Shown one piece after another: positions 16,140 to 26,021 of a stretch of DNA of 64,000 bases. The stretch is from Clostridia bacterium (GTDB lineage: Bacteria; Bacillota; Clostridia; UBA1212), in the NCBI GenBank assembly GCA_017444825.1, contig JAFSVU010000015.1, forward strand, positions 413 through 64,412. Reading direction: 5' to 3'. A model generated the notes under the pieces. The model was not told the DNA's origin. It saw only the letters and a program-made list of their open reading frames with translations, and did no database searches. A program made the translations under genes and the position numbers. How positions within the stretch are numbered: position 1 is the stretch's first letter; the number at the start of each line of letters is the position of its first letter.

Positions 16140-19100
16140 ATGAAAAGATCTTCGCTATTGATTTTGGGTGTTTTGGCGATCGCATTGGTTTGTACGGTCT
16201 CGGGCTGCAGAACGTCGCCCGGAAAAGTCGATCTCGATCCCTATGCGGTGTACAAGGAGGAAGTGACCGAGTACAAGGACAAATACACCGGCGCCAATGC
16301 GGAAACGGTTTATGCCGCAAGGGACCTTGCCAATGGCGTCAACGTCTATTACCTGAACGGCGAGCGGAACGGCATACGGGTGGCCAACGGGCACCTGCAG
16401 CTAAACTACAATACCGGCAGCGCAAACGGAGCGAAGCAGATCTCATCGATCACCGACCCTTCCGGCAAGGTCTACGTGGAGAACACGGGGGATGCTTTCA
16501 TAGAGCTTTCGGACGGCGCCCTTTACTCGACAGCGGAGGGCATTGAATCGCCGGAGCTTAATTCCTACAGGCACGGCAGTTACTACTACGATACCCACAT
16601 CATAAACAACGGCTTCGGGCGCATCAGCGAGGTGTCCGACATTTACGAGATGCCCATCGTCACCCCCGACATGACCAATATGGTCTCCGGCATCACCGTC
16701 AGCGGCGGCGTTCTTTCCTTCATGATCGACGACCCGGAGGACCCCTACGTGGGCTGGACCGGCCTTGACGTCAACGCGGACAAATACACAGCCCTCCGCA
16801 TAACGATGAAAAATAAAGCCTCCATGCTCTGCGAGGTATATGCCGCGGCGGGCAGCTTCGGTTCCATCAACAGCGACCAGAGGACATCCTTCGCCCTCTC
16901 CCCCGACGGGGAAGAGCACACCTACACCGTCCTGCTGGAGCGGATCATGGGCTACAAGGGCACCCTGAAGCAGCTGCGCATTGATTTTGACAACGCAAAA
17001 GGCGACGCCATAGAGATATCGAAGATCGAATTCCTCGAGAAGGACACCTCCCGCCCGGACGCCCTGGTGGACAGAGCCTTCAGCGTATACACCGATAAGA
17101 TAAATTCCATCGACAGATTCGTTGTGACCGGAAAAACGGAAGACGTGGCGGCGATAGGCCTTCTGACCAACGTCCCCAAGGACCGGGTGGAAAAGCTCAT
17201 CGTGAAGGACAAAAACGGCACCCACAACTCCCTTGACGGGATCGATTGGGACAGCGCAGAGTGCATTGGTTTCGATATCAAAGACACCGGAATTTTCGGA
17301 TATATTTTGCTCACCGGAAAATACTGCGGCACCCTCTCGGTATACGAGGAAGGCGATAACTACGTGATCAGACAACAGTACGAGCCTGAGGACGGTGTCC
17401 TTCGCAAAAAGATCTTTTACGAGGTGGGGCGGCGCATCTACACCGACGGTCAGCACGACTTTGACGGTCTTCTCAGGGAGACCTCCTTTGAGCGCAATCC
17501 TCTCGAAAACGTCACCGTGACGGGCGATCCTTCCCTCGGGCGGTTCCTCGGCTACGATCCCCTCGGCGGCTACTACAAGTTTTCCATCAAAGAGCTGGGC
17601 GGCTTCCACGACGCTTACTACAACAGGCCCGACGACCACACCTCTCTGCCCATCAGCTTCACCGGCGATGATTCAGGCAGGATCGTATACGTGTGCACGG
17701 CTTCGGGCGGCGGCTCTCTTGAGTGCGCGGCTCTGCTGGATGACACCAATGTGATGCTTCCCGTGGAAATGGAGGTCTGCAAAAACTTCGGCGGCGACGA
17801 CAATCCATCCACATTCTACCCGGAGGACACCCCCTTCAGCGAGACATTCTTCCCCCTTGCAGTCGAGGCAGGCAAAGAGACTAAGGTCACCGTCCTCAAC
17901 ATGTTCCAGAATTGGGGCCTATACCCGTTAAAGCAGATCTCCTCGATCCGCTTCTTCACCACCTACTACCACCTGTCGACGGGCTCCACCGAAACCAATT
18001 GCATCGCCCCGGCATTCGTGTACGGCAAGGACTTCTGGACCATCCCGGACTTCCGTCCCATGTCCGCGCCCCTCTGGGCAAGCCAGCCCCAGCACACCAG
18101 CGGAGGCTGCCCCAGGGTACTCCAGTTCACATCCTCCGACAAGGGCTTCTCGGGCCTCGAGTTCACCACCAAGTACCTGGACAGCACCGGCCCGATCTAC
18201 GCCGACGTCCGCATGAACTATCTTTCCGACGACGGACGCATTGCCGCCGCCTACCGGCACGTTGAGATGCCCCAGACCGACGAAAGCCGCGCCTACTACG
18301 ACATCGAATTCACCGTCCTCGAGGACGTGCCCATCGAGAATTTCAAAAACGACTTCACCATCTTCAGCATGGACGGCCGCTTCATATTCTACGAAAACCT
18401 TGGTTATCTCGACGAAAACAACAAGCCCGCCGTTGCAAAAACCAATGCCTCCGGCGACAAAGTGTACTATAAGCTGGGCAGTCAGTGCCCCTACATATCC
18501 ATTTTTGACTGCGACTCCACCGACTACACCAATATGGCCATTGCCGTTGCAAGCAGCGACATCACCATTGGCGGCAGAAAATACACCGGCTCCTTCCTGG
18601 CCTCCGACTACGCCTCATGGAGCCTCAACCGCACAGGCCTCACTCTCGACCTCGGCAAGGTCACCCTCCGGGCAGGCGATAAGATCAAGCTCCGGGTCAT
18701 CATCTTCCCCTTCGGCTCTCAGGATCTCAAGGGCGACGACCGTGTCCGCCTGGTCCGCGAAAACACCTGCCTGAACCCCGTGATCGCCACCTCAGAGACC
18801 GACACAGTCCTTTCCGATGATCTTCTTCCCAAGGTCATGAGCAATGACGGCCGCACCTGCGAATTCACGATCTCCGGCGGAGCCCCCAACGTGCCTGCCC
18901 TCAACGAGGCGTATTACCGCACCTGCGACTATAACGTTGCCGTCCGCGCCTACGGCTTCTCCTCCTTCGGCGTCCCCGAGATATACGAGAAGGTAAACGG
19001 CGAGTGGGTGCCCTATCAGGTGGCATCCGCCAATGGCTACGACGGCTACGCCTGCTACACCGACGACGACAATTCCTTCTCCTACGCCTTCATCGTCACC

Positions 19101-19145
19101 ATGAACGATGCGACGCCAAGGACATTCAAAATAGTCGCCGGATAA
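16140..19145 (+). CDS. large hypothetical lipoprotein (about 1000 aa)
   Basis: ATG at 16140 preceded by AGGAG. Signal peptide plus lipobox MKRSSLLILGVLAIALVCTVSGC. Transcribed divergently from the 1727-aa lipoprotein gene. Confidence 0.7.
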   Translation: MKRSSLLILGVLAIALVCTVSGCRTSPGKVDLDPYAVYKEEVTEYKDKYTGANAETVYAARDLANGVNVYYLNGERNGIRVANGHLQLNYNTGSANGAKQISSITDPSGKVYVENTGDAFIELSDGALYSTAEGIESPELNSYRHGSYYYDTHIINNGFGRISEVSDIYEMPIVTPDMTNMVSGITVSGGVLSFMIDDPEDPYVGWTGLDVNADKYTALRITMKNKASMLCEVYAAAGSFGSINSDQRTSFALSPDGEEHTYTVLLERIMGYKGTLKQLRIDFDNAKGDAIEISKIEFLEKDTSRPDALVDRAFSVYTDKINSIDRFVVTGKTEDVAAIGLLTNVPKDRVEKLIVKDKNGTHNSLDGIDWDSAECIGFDIKDTGIFGYILLTGKYCGTLSVYEEGDNYVIRQQYEPEDGVLRKKIFYEVGRRIYTDGQHDFDGLLRETSFERNPLENVTVTGDPSLGRFLGYDPLGGYYKFSIKELGGFHDAYYNRPDDHTSLPISFTGDDSGRIVYVCTASGGGSLECAALLDDTNVMLPVEMEVCKNFGGDDNPSTFYPEDTPFSETFFPLAVEAGKETKVTVLNMFQNWGLYPLKQISSIRFFTTYYHLSTGSTETNCIAPAFVYGKDFWTIPDFRPMSAPLWASQPQHTSGGCPRVLQFTSSDKGFSGLEFTTKYLDSTGPIYADVRMNYLSDDGRIAAAYRHVEMPQTDESRAYYDIEFTVLEDVPIENFKNDFTIFSMDGRFIFYENLGYLDENNKPAVAKTNASGDKVYYKLGSQCPYISIFDCDSTDYTNMAIAVASSDITIGGRKYTGSFLASDYASWSLNRTGLTLDLGKVTLRAGDKIKLRVIIFPFGSQDLKGDDRVRLVRENTCLNPVIATSETDTVLSDDLLPKVMSNDGRTCEFTISGGAPNVPALNEAYYRTCDYNVAVRAYGFSSFGVPEIYEKVNGEWVPYQVASANGYDGYACYTDDDNSFSYAFIVTMNDATPRTFKIVAG

Positions 19146-19230
19146 TCACGTCTCGCACATTGCATCTCGTCACTTGGCTTCACTTCGTGAAGAATCGTTC
19201 CTCGATGAAATGTGGTCGACGTGGGCCCCT

Positions 19231-19259
19231 ATTACTTCTTACCTGTTACTTATTACTTT
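19231..19259. repeat. heptad TTAC repeat (TTACttcTTACctgTTACttaTTAC); 28-mer identical to 20383-20410
   Basis: Perfect 28-bp direct repeat flanking the HD-domain gene. Four TTAC units at 7-bp spacing. Confidence 0.8.
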
Positions 19260-19340
19260 TCGGCTGCATTTCTGACAATATGTTTGATAGGGCATAGCCG
19301 CGGGAGAAAAAAATAAGACGTTCTTAAGATCTTGGCAGGT

Positions 19341-20309
19341 TCAGATCAGACACACTTTAACTTCCCGCTGGGTGATCTCAAAAGGCGTGCGGCCGTTGAC
19401 CGCCTGCCGGCAGATATCCAGCGTTTTTTGCATTTTTACGACCGTTTTGCAGAGCAGATCGTTGACGACGGGGTCGTTGCCGTCGACCGTGAGAGTGAAC
19501 GCGTCCTTTTCGATCCTGAGTTCCCGCACAGCCCTGTGCATTTTGTGGTGAAGCAGCTGCAAGTCATTCGAAATGGATCCCAGGTCGTAGAGAAGTACGG
19601 GGCTACGCTCGGCAGTCACGTCAATTTCATCCGCCAGGCGTACGAGCGACGCAAGATAGGGCAGACATACCTTTTCACCGTCGGGCATAGCCATAGCCGC
19701 AGGGTAGCTGTTTTCATCCATAAGATCTGTTTTTCTGTGGCCCCTGGAGATCTGAAAGACGGCGTCCAGGTGGGCTTTACTTGGAAACTCGAACAGTTCC
19801 GCGTATTTCCGGACGAACAATCCGGAGTACTCGTTGTGGAAGTCGCGTATCTGTTCAGACATCGACGCGCCGGGATGTTTCTCAAAATAATCGCCAAAGT
19901 CGATCTGCCGCGAGAAAGCCTCAAAGTCTTTTTCGGTGATTCCCATGCCTGTGTCGTGAAAATAACACCCCAGCAGCAATACGTAAAGCTCGTTCCTGTT
20001 GAGACGGCTCAGCTGGTCGCCGATCAGCTTGTTGCAGAACTGTATCACGGTTATGGTATGGAGCTCGGTGTGATCGGTGTATTCGGGGAATATGAGTTTA
20101 TAGTTTGAAAGGATGCGCTGAAGCGCGAAAACACAGTCGGTAAATCTCTTGTGAAGGCCGCCGTCAAGTTCGCGGAGCCTGTATTCGAGAGCAAAGCTGT
20201 TTGAATCGTCCAACACTGTTTTTTCACCCGCCTTAACGACTGATCTTCCCGCGGGAGTGTAGCAGAAAGAAGCCTTATTGTCAATGCGGGAACCCTTCTC
20301 GCAGAGCAC
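19341..20309 (-). CDS. HD-domain phosphohydrolase
   Basis: 322 aa. H..H (HTELHTITV) and HD (YFHDTGM) motifs of the HD superfamily. Confidence 0.7.
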   Translation of the reverse strand: MLCEKGSRIDNKASFCYTPAGRSVVKAGEKTVLDDSNSFALEYRLRELDGGLHKRFTDCVFALQRILSNYKLIFPEYTDHTELHTITVIQFCNKLIGDQLSRLNRNELYVLLLGCYFHDTGMGITEKDFEAFSRQIDFGDYFEKHPGASMSEQIRDFHNEYSGLFVRKYAELFEFPSKAHLDAVFQISRGHRKTDLMDENSYPAAMAMPDGEKVCLPYLASLVRLADEIDVTAERSPVLLYDLGSISNDLQLLHHKMHRAVRELRIEKDAFTLTVDGNDPVVNDLLCKTVVKMQKTLDICRQAVNGRTPFEITQREVKVCLI

Positions 20310-20310
20310 C

Positions 20311-20410
20311 TTTTACTTATTACCTGAGCGGCACTCCTTCACGCAGTGACCTCTTACCTTTTACCTCTTACCTTGGCGCCTGTTACTTCTTACCTGTTAC
20401 TTATTACTTT
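20311..20410. repeat. intergenic heptad-repeat element with 7 or more TTAC units in 7-bp phase plus a GAGCGGCACTCC block; inverted copy at 26433-26515
   Basis: ttttacttattacctgagcggcactcc ... ctcTTACcttTTACctcTTACcttggcgcctgTTACttcTTACctgTTACttaTTACttt. Confidence 0.75.
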
Positions 20411-20422
20411 GGGCGGCACCCC

Positions 20423-22804
20423 TTAAACAGTCCTTTTCCACCCTTCCGGCAGCGACACCCTGACCTCAAGCTCTCCGCCCCTGTCGACCCACGACACCGC
20501 AATGAGCCCTTCCGGGGTCATGACCGAGCCCCTTGCCCAGCGGAGCCCGCAGGGATGAGGGTCGATCTTTACGGTCTTGGTGCGTGCATCCGGGATGCCG
20601 ATGCCCAGGATATCGCGTAGGAGCTGGACCGCCGCAAAGGACGTGAACCCGTGGCAATAGCTGGTGCACCTGATGTCGGGGTTTTCCCAGAGGGTGCCCG
20701 GGCCCTCGCGGAGCTGGGCGCCGTAGAAAGTGTTCAGCTCACGGAAAAGAGTGTCGTATTCGCCCAGCTTTGCCAGCATGTCGAACCTGTACTGGAGTCC
20801 GATAAAGAGGCCCGCACGGCCCACCCTCGGATGGGGGTTGAACTCCGGGCAGGGACCCATGGCCCTCACTATGTTGAACAGCGTGAGGGGGGCATTGGTT
20901 TTATCTATTATGCCGGACCAGACCGTAAGGTAGGCGCAGCTTTCCGTGAACCGCTCCTTGGGCACAAGCCTGCCGTCCGCAATGTTAAACGCGTCGGGGA
21001 TGAAGGCCGGGCCCTTGCCGGGCGTGCCGCCCCGGAGGATCGCTTCCCTGAGTATCAGGCACATATTATCGCCAAGCTCCTTCCAGTCATCGCGGCCGTA
21101 AAGCTCACCTAAGTTCCTCATCATTTTTGAGGCGAGGGCATTGGCGGCGGTCGAGACAGGTGTCAAATATTCGCCCTCGTTTGAAAGTGACCAGTCGATA
21201 AAGCACCAAGGCAGGTTCTCCAGGAGACCCGTGGGGCCTATAAGCGTTTTGAAGCCGTCGACGAAGGCCTCTATCCTTTGGCGGTGTTTTTCGGCAAATT
21301 CAATGTCATTGGTTTCTTTTGCGTACTCGCAGAGCTCCAGCATGAGCCAGAAGGACCAGGTGGTGATGCCGGCGCACTCACTAAAGCTGCTCTTGTTTGA
21401 GGGGTAGCACTCCGGGAAGAAGCCCCGCCACATCATTGACGCGTCGGTCAGAAGGAAGTTTTCGATGAAGTCCCGCTCGACCTTGTGTCCGCCCGGGATC
21501 ATTCTTTCAGCGCGGCCGGTCCAGTAAGAGTCGCAGAGCCAGCCTCCACGTTCGCGCTCGGGGCAGTCCATAAATATGTCGAGGGTGTTGAGCCTGAAGG
21601 TCAGGGCCGCCGCTTCGAAGAGACGGTTGACGTTGTCGTCGCTTGTAAGGAAACCGCAGGTTCGAGTTTCCGGCGTGGTGTACTGCCTCACGGCCAGCTT
21701 CAGCAGCTTTGCGGATGCGCAGCCACGGAAAATAACCTTGAAATAGCGGCCGATCATGGGCTCCATTGACGTGAAGGATATCCTGCCGCCCTGAACACGG
21801 ATCCTGGTGACGGGATTGGCGCCGCCTGAGATCTCGTCCTTTCCGCAGTAGACGTACTGCGACTCGAGATGGATGATATCAACCGTGCAGGGGTCCGAAG
21901 TCTCGAGAGTGACGTCGATAAACCCCACCTCCTGGGTGCCCAGGTCGTATTCGAAATAAAATGATGCGGGCTCGCCGTCTTCAGCGGAGAAAGAAGCCGC
22001 GCCATTTTCGGTAAACGAGAACCTGTCGCCGGGTCTCAGGGGCTGTTCCACCGTTCTGACGTAGTCGCGAAGAGGCCTTTCGGCGAGGTCCTTGTAAAAA
22101 CCAATGGACCGCTCGAACCAGTTGTCCTCAAAAGGCACGTTGTCGTCGATCTCCGCCCTTCCCGCGGTGACAAAACGGGTGATCTTTTTCCGTTTAAGCG
22201 TCGGAAGAGGCGACCCCCTGCCTATGAGAACAGATCCGTCAGGGACAGCCGCGACCTTATCTGCGCAAAGAGACCTGTCTGTCCGCCAGGCTGTGTATGC
22301 ATCGTCAAGGTCGTATATCTCGGTCATGGCCCTGCAGTGTGATATCCGCTCGGCGTACTGCACCCGCTGGGTGAGCCTGATACCCGCGAAGGTCGCAGGC
22401 GAGGAAAGCACCTCTTTTTCTCCGGATATTATTGCGGCACGGAGAAGCCCCGGTCCCAGGACGGTGTCATTGGCGTATCCGCCGAAAGGATTCCCATAGG
22501 ACGTGACCTCGAAAGCAAACACGTTCGGGCCCTCTTTGACATACTTTGTCACGTCGATATCGTCAATGCGCAAATATCCCGATGCGGCCCTCGCAGGTCC
22601 GTGAGCACAGAGGCGGCCGTTTACGTAAAGCCGGTAGAAGCTGCGGGCGGCGACGAGCACATTGGTTTTGGGGTGTGGAAGCGCAAGATCCTCCTTCGCA
22701 AGGGTCAGTTCGCATATAAAGCCTGCCTGCACATTGGTGTCGTTTTCAAGTCCCTCAAGGAATATCGACTGCGCGTTTTCCAGTATTTTTACGTTATTTT
22801 TCAC
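20423..22804 (-). CDS. alpha-L-rhamnosidase, glycoside hydrolase family 78 (cytoplasmic)
   Basis: 793 aa. MDCPERERGGWLCDSYW matches the GH78 DCPxRER signature. No signal peptide. Confidence 0.75.
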   Translation of the reverse strand: MKNNVKILENAQSIFLEGLENDTNVQAGFICELTLAKEDLALPHPKTNVLVAARSFYRLYVNGRLCAHGPARAASGYLRIDDIDVTKYVKEGPNVFAFEVTSYGNPFGGYANDTVLGPGLLRAAIISGEKEVLSSPATFAGIRLTQRVQYAERISHCRAMTEIYDLDDAYTAWRTDRSLCADKVAAVPDGSVLIGRGSPLPTLKRKKITRFVTAGRAEIDDNVPFEDNWFERSIGFYKDLAERPLRDYVRTVEQPLRPGDRFSFTENGAASFSAEDGEPASFYFEYDLGTQEVGFIDVTLETSDPCTVDIIHLESQYVYCGKDEISGGANPVTRIRVQGGRISFTSMEPMIGRYFKVIFRGCASAKLLKLAVRQYTTPETRTCGFLTSDDNVNRLFEAAALTFRLNTLDIFMDCPERERGGWLCDSYWTGRAERMIPGGHKVERDFIENFLLTDASMMWRGFFPECYPSNKSSFSECAGITTWSFWLMLELCEYAKETNDIEFAEKHRQRIEAFVDGFKTLIGPTGLLENLPWCFIDWSLSNEGEYLTPVSTAANALASKMMRNLGELYGRDDWKELGDNMCLILREAILRGGTPGKGPAFIPDAFNIADGRLVPKERFTESCAYLTVWSGIIDKTNAPLTLFNIVRAMGPCPEFNPHPRVGRAGLFIGLQYRFDMLAKLGEYDTLFRELNTFYGAQLREGPGTLWENPDIRCTSYCHGFTSFAAVQLLRDILGIGIPDARTKTVKIDPHPCGLRWARGSVMTPEGLIAVSWVDRGGELEVRVSLPEGWKRTV

Positions 22805-25800
22805 TTAGTTTCCTCCGTAAACCGATAATTCGTAGATCGAGCACCAGCCTGCAGTCTCAGGGACGGATACCCTTATGAACCTTGCATTCGCTTTTATGTC
22901 GATCCTGTCGAGATCCCAATCCAGCATGTCCGTTTCAAGAACCGTTGTCCAGGTGACCCCGGAAGGTATGTTTTTCGTGCCGGGTTTGCCCTTCTCCTCA
23001 GGGTCGTCGGCGGATATCTCAACTTTGTAACTGTATGCCGAATTTGACTCCCAGAGTATGGTGATGTCGCTGACGTTTCTGACCTCGCCAAGGTCAACCA
23101 CCACCCATTTTTCGCCGGAAGTGCCCGCCGCGCTCCAGCGGGTCGTTTTCTCGCCGTCCACCATGTTCTTCGATACGTGGCCGCCTTCGACGCCGTTGCA
23201 GTAGGTGTCGCAATCCTTGGCAATATTCGTCCTCGTCTCCTCGTATGGTGCGATCTGCCCGGGTTCGATAACGTCAACGTCCTTGCCCGGATTCAGCTTC
23301 TCTTCGACCTGCCTTGTGGTCTTTGTCTCCGTGACCGCCACTTTTGAAGACGCTCTCACGTCGGAAGACGACGCAGCGGCCATAAACTCATATTCTCCGG
23401 AAATTACCTTCCAGGACATGTCGGAGGTAAAGAAGGACTCCAGCTCGTAATTTGTGACTATGGCGCTTATCGTCGCGCGCTCCCCGGGCTTCAGCGTCGC
23501 AGTTTTATCGAAACCGCAAAGCTCTTTTTTAAGGCTCAGCAGTTCCTCCGAATCCGGCTTTGTCACGTAGAACTGCACCACCTCACGGCCCTCTCTGTCG
23601 CCTGTGTTTTTAACTGTTACGCTGAGGGTGCAGCTGCCGTCGGCATTGGCGTGTGCGGTGAAATCCGAGTATTCGAACCTGGTATACGTAAAGCCGTGGC
23701 CGAAGGGATAGGCCACGTTTACCCCGAATTTTTCGTAAAATCTGTAGCCGACGTAAACGTCGTCCCTGTACCGGGTCACGGATCCGGTGCCGGGGAAATC
23801 GTAATAGTACGGCGTGCTTTCATAGGTCTCCGGCCAGGTGCAGGTAAGTTTTCCCGACGGTGCGGTCTTTCCGGAAATGATATTCGCAAGAGCGGTGCCG
23901 AAGGACTCCCCGGGGTAGCCTGTCCAGAGGATCGCGTCAACGCTGTCCCTCCAGGAGACTGTCTCCACCGGATCTCCGGTATTTAAGAGAACGATTACTT
24001 TTTTCCCTTTTTCATGGAAAACTTCGGACACCCTCCCGATCATTGCTTTTTCGTTCTCGTCCAGCAGGAAGCCGCCCTCGCCCGATGGATTGTCTTCACC
24101 TTCGGAGGATCTTCTTGAGATTGCGATCACCGCCGCCTCGCAGGTCTCGGCCCAGTTCGGAGCCTCTTCGTCAAATTCCTTGCGGATCTTGTTGGAGTAT
24201 GCAAACCACAGGGCCGCCTTGGTTTCGATGAAATATCCCGCTTCCAGAAGCCCCGTCTCGATGCTCTTGCTGCATGACGTAGAGACCCCTCCGGAGCCGG
24301 CCCCGCCGTAAACGGGATCATACGCGGCCATGCCTATAAGCGCAAGTTTTGACTGTTCTTTAACGGGGAGCGCATTTCCTTCGTTTTTCAGAAGCACCAT
24401 TCCACTCTCCGCGGCCTCAAGGGCAGCCTCACGGCTCTTTTCAAAATCGGGCTCTTCGGACGTTCTCTTTTTGCCTCCCAGCATCTTCTCATAAGCCTTC
24501 GACCGCGCAACCACCGAGAGTATCCTTTTGCAGCACTCGATGCATTCAGCCTTCGTTTCCGTCGACGTCTTCATGGCTGCAAGTATTTCGCTGTACTGGT
24601 CTGCAGTGCCCGGTTCGGTGAGGTCGTTTCCGGCATTCACCTTATCTGTCACGGCCCCGCCGGAGCCCCAGTCGGACATTACAAGGCCTCTAAAGCCAAA
24701 CTCGTTTCGCAGCACGTTCAGCAGCGGCCTGTTCACCGATGTATAAGTGCCGTTCAGTCTGTTGTAGGAAGACATTATGGTGAGCGGATCCGCTTTTCTC
24801 ACAAGATAGCCAAAGCCCCTGAGATATATCTCCCGGACGGCTCTCTCGTTGATCCTGGCGGAGACTACTCCTCTGGCTGACTCTTGATTGTTTGCGGCAT
24901 AGTGTTTTCCGGAAACGCCAATGCCCTCCGACTGTACGCCCGAGGCGTAAGCCGCCGCCGCTATTCCCGTAAGGTAGGGGTCTTCCGAATAGTATTCGAA
25001 GTTTCTTCCGCCCAGCACCACTCTCTGGATGTTCATGCCGGGTCCCAGAATGACGTCCGCACCCATGGCGTCACAGTCGCGGCCGATAGCCTTTCCCACG
25101 TTGTATATATTCTGGCGGTCCCATGAGGAGGCAATGTTCGCACCGCAGGGATACCAGACGGTAGGTGTCGCAAGCCGCACGCCCTGAGGACCGTCCGCCA
25201 ATGAAACAAGAGGTATCCCAAGCCTTGCTATCGGCGTTGTCGCTCCCGCAGAGCCGGGGACCGGATTTTCGCCGTAATAACCCACCACCAGCGAGGCCAT
25301 TTCTTCGTCGGTCATTTCCTCAAGCACCTTGCCGATGCCCATCTCCGTTAAGAGCACCACTCCGTCCCTTATGAGCAACGTGCTTTCACCCACGGTCCCG
25401 GACGTTTTGTCCCTCACGGATATCGTTACCATGCGGGTCTTTCCGTCCGCCGCAGCGCCATTCTCGACGTGAAAACTGTGGCCCTTTGCGGGGATCTCGA
25501 TATTTTCGGTCTTTTTACCCTGCAGCTTTGTCTTGCCCGTATAGCAGATCACATCGCCCGCGTCCCTGTACTCCGCCTCTTCAAGAAGCTCGGTCTTTAA
25601 GGTAACGGTCGCATTGGTTATTTTATCGTTCGTAATGTCCACCGCCAGCGTCACGTCGTCCGAATCCACGGTAAACATTGCCAGGCTCAGCTCGATTTCC
25701 GATCTCTTTACCGAATCCACTTCGATCTTCTCCTCATACTTTTCGTCAATTTTCTTATTCCCGCAACCGCCGAGGACCGCCCCGCAAAGAACGGCCGCAA

Positions 25801-25843
25801 GCGTCAATGAAACCACCGCAGCAAGTCCTAAATTTTTCAACAT
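22805..25843 (-). CDS. GH3 beta-glucosidase/beta-xylosidase-type lipoprotein with a C-terminal F5/8 type C (discoidin) domain
   Basis: Start at 25843 (MLKNLGLAAVVSLTLAAVLCGAVLGGC, lipobox) with a GGAGGG ribosome-binding site. GH3 N-terminal domain motifs: GPGMNIQRVVLGGRNFEYYSEDPYL, KHYAANNQE, VMSDWG. C-terminal WSAAGTSGEKWVVVDLGE is discoidin-like. Confidence 0.75.
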   Translation of the reverse strand: MLKNLGLAAVVSLTLAAVLCGAVLGGCGNKKIDEKYEEKIEVDSVKRSEIELSLAMFTVDSDDVTLAVDITNDKITNATVTLKTELLEEAEYRDAGDVICYTGKTKLQGKKTENIEIPAKGHSFHVENGAAADGKTRMVTISVRDKTSGTVGESTLLIRDGVVLLTEMGIGKVLEEMTDEEMASLVVGYYGENPVPGSAGATTPIARLGIPLVSLADGPQGVRLATPTVWYPCGANIASSWDRQNIYNVGKAIGRDCDAMGADVILGPGMNIQRVVLGGRNFEYYSEDPYLTGIAAAAYASGVQSEGIGVSGKHYAANNQESARGVVSARINERAVREIYLRGFGYLVRKADPLTIMSSYNRLNGTYTSVNRPLLNVLRNEFGFRGLVMSDWGSGGAVTDKVNAGNDLTEPGTADQYSEILAAMKTSTETKAECIECCKRILSVVARSKAYEKMLGGKKRTSEEPDFEKSREAALEAAESGMVLLKNEGNALPVKEQSKLALIGMAAYDPVYGGAGSGGVSTSCSKSIETGLLEAGYFIETKAALWFAYSNKIRKEFDEEAPNWAETCEAAVIAISRRSSEGEDNPSGEGGFLLDENEKAMIGRVSEVFHEKGKKVIVLLNTGDPVETVSWRDSVDAILWTGYPGESFGTALANIISGKTAPSGKLTCTWPETYESTPYYYDFPGTGSVTRYRDDVYVGYRFYEKFGVNVAYPFGHGFTYTRFEYSDFTAHANADGSCTLSVTVKNTGDREGREVVQFYVTKPDSEELLSLKKELCGFDKTATLKPGERATISAIVTNYELESFFTSDMSWKVISGEYEFMAAASSSDVRASSKVAVTETKTTRQVEEKLNPGKDVDVIEPGQIAPYEETRTNIAKDCDTYCNGVEGGHVSKNMVDGEKTTRWSAAGTSGEKWVVVDLGEVRNVSDITILWESNSAYSYKVEISADDPEEKGKPGTKNIPSGVTWTTVLETDMLDWDLDRIDIKANARFIRVSVPETAGWCSIYELSVYGGN

Positions 25844-25909
25844 GGCGTCCCTCCGGATCGGCAATAAAAGTCACTTCATTATACCATTTTACAGATTATA
25901 TTCAATCTG

Positions 25910-25937
25910 TTGACATGTTCCGCAGGTGTGATATAAT
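25910..25937 (+). promoter_or_regulatory. sigma-A promoter of the fur/zur-like gene (-35 TTGACA at 25910-25915; extended -10 TGaTATAAT at 25929-25937)
   Basis: Consensus hexamers with a 16-bp spacer. Confidence 0.55.
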
Positions 25938-25944
25938 GAGTCCT

Positions 25945-25967
25945 AATTTGCGATGGATTCGCAAATT
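25945..25967. promoter_or_regulatory. perfect 9-5-9 palindrome AATTTGCGA-TGGAT-TCGCAAATT; putative Fur/Zur-family operator (autoregulation)
   Basis: It lies between the -10 element and the fur-family start codon. AT-rich inverted repeat typical of Fur-family boxes. Confidence 0.5.
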
Positions 25968-26021
25968 CGCCAATGTCATGCATGGCCAAAACCAGTATTC
26001 CCGTTCCGAAAGGACTTAAAA

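Noticed and set aside
16443-17639. Long antisense ORFs inside GC-rich genes (for example 16443..17639(-), 19332..20108(+), 30366..31406(-), 34283..35710(-), 37654..38676(-), 45964..46758(+), 41240..42127(+), 10478..11299(+))
   Set aside because: They lie wholly within stronger, motif-bearing genes on the opposite strand. Their Arg/Ala/Gly-rich composition is typical of frame artefacts in roughly 60% GC DNA.
19231-20410. Possible CRISPR array suggested by short exact repeats
   Set aside because: The repeat unit is 7 bp (TTACnnn), there are no spacers, only 3 loci are involved and there are no cas genes. It is reported instead as an intergenic heptad-repeat family.
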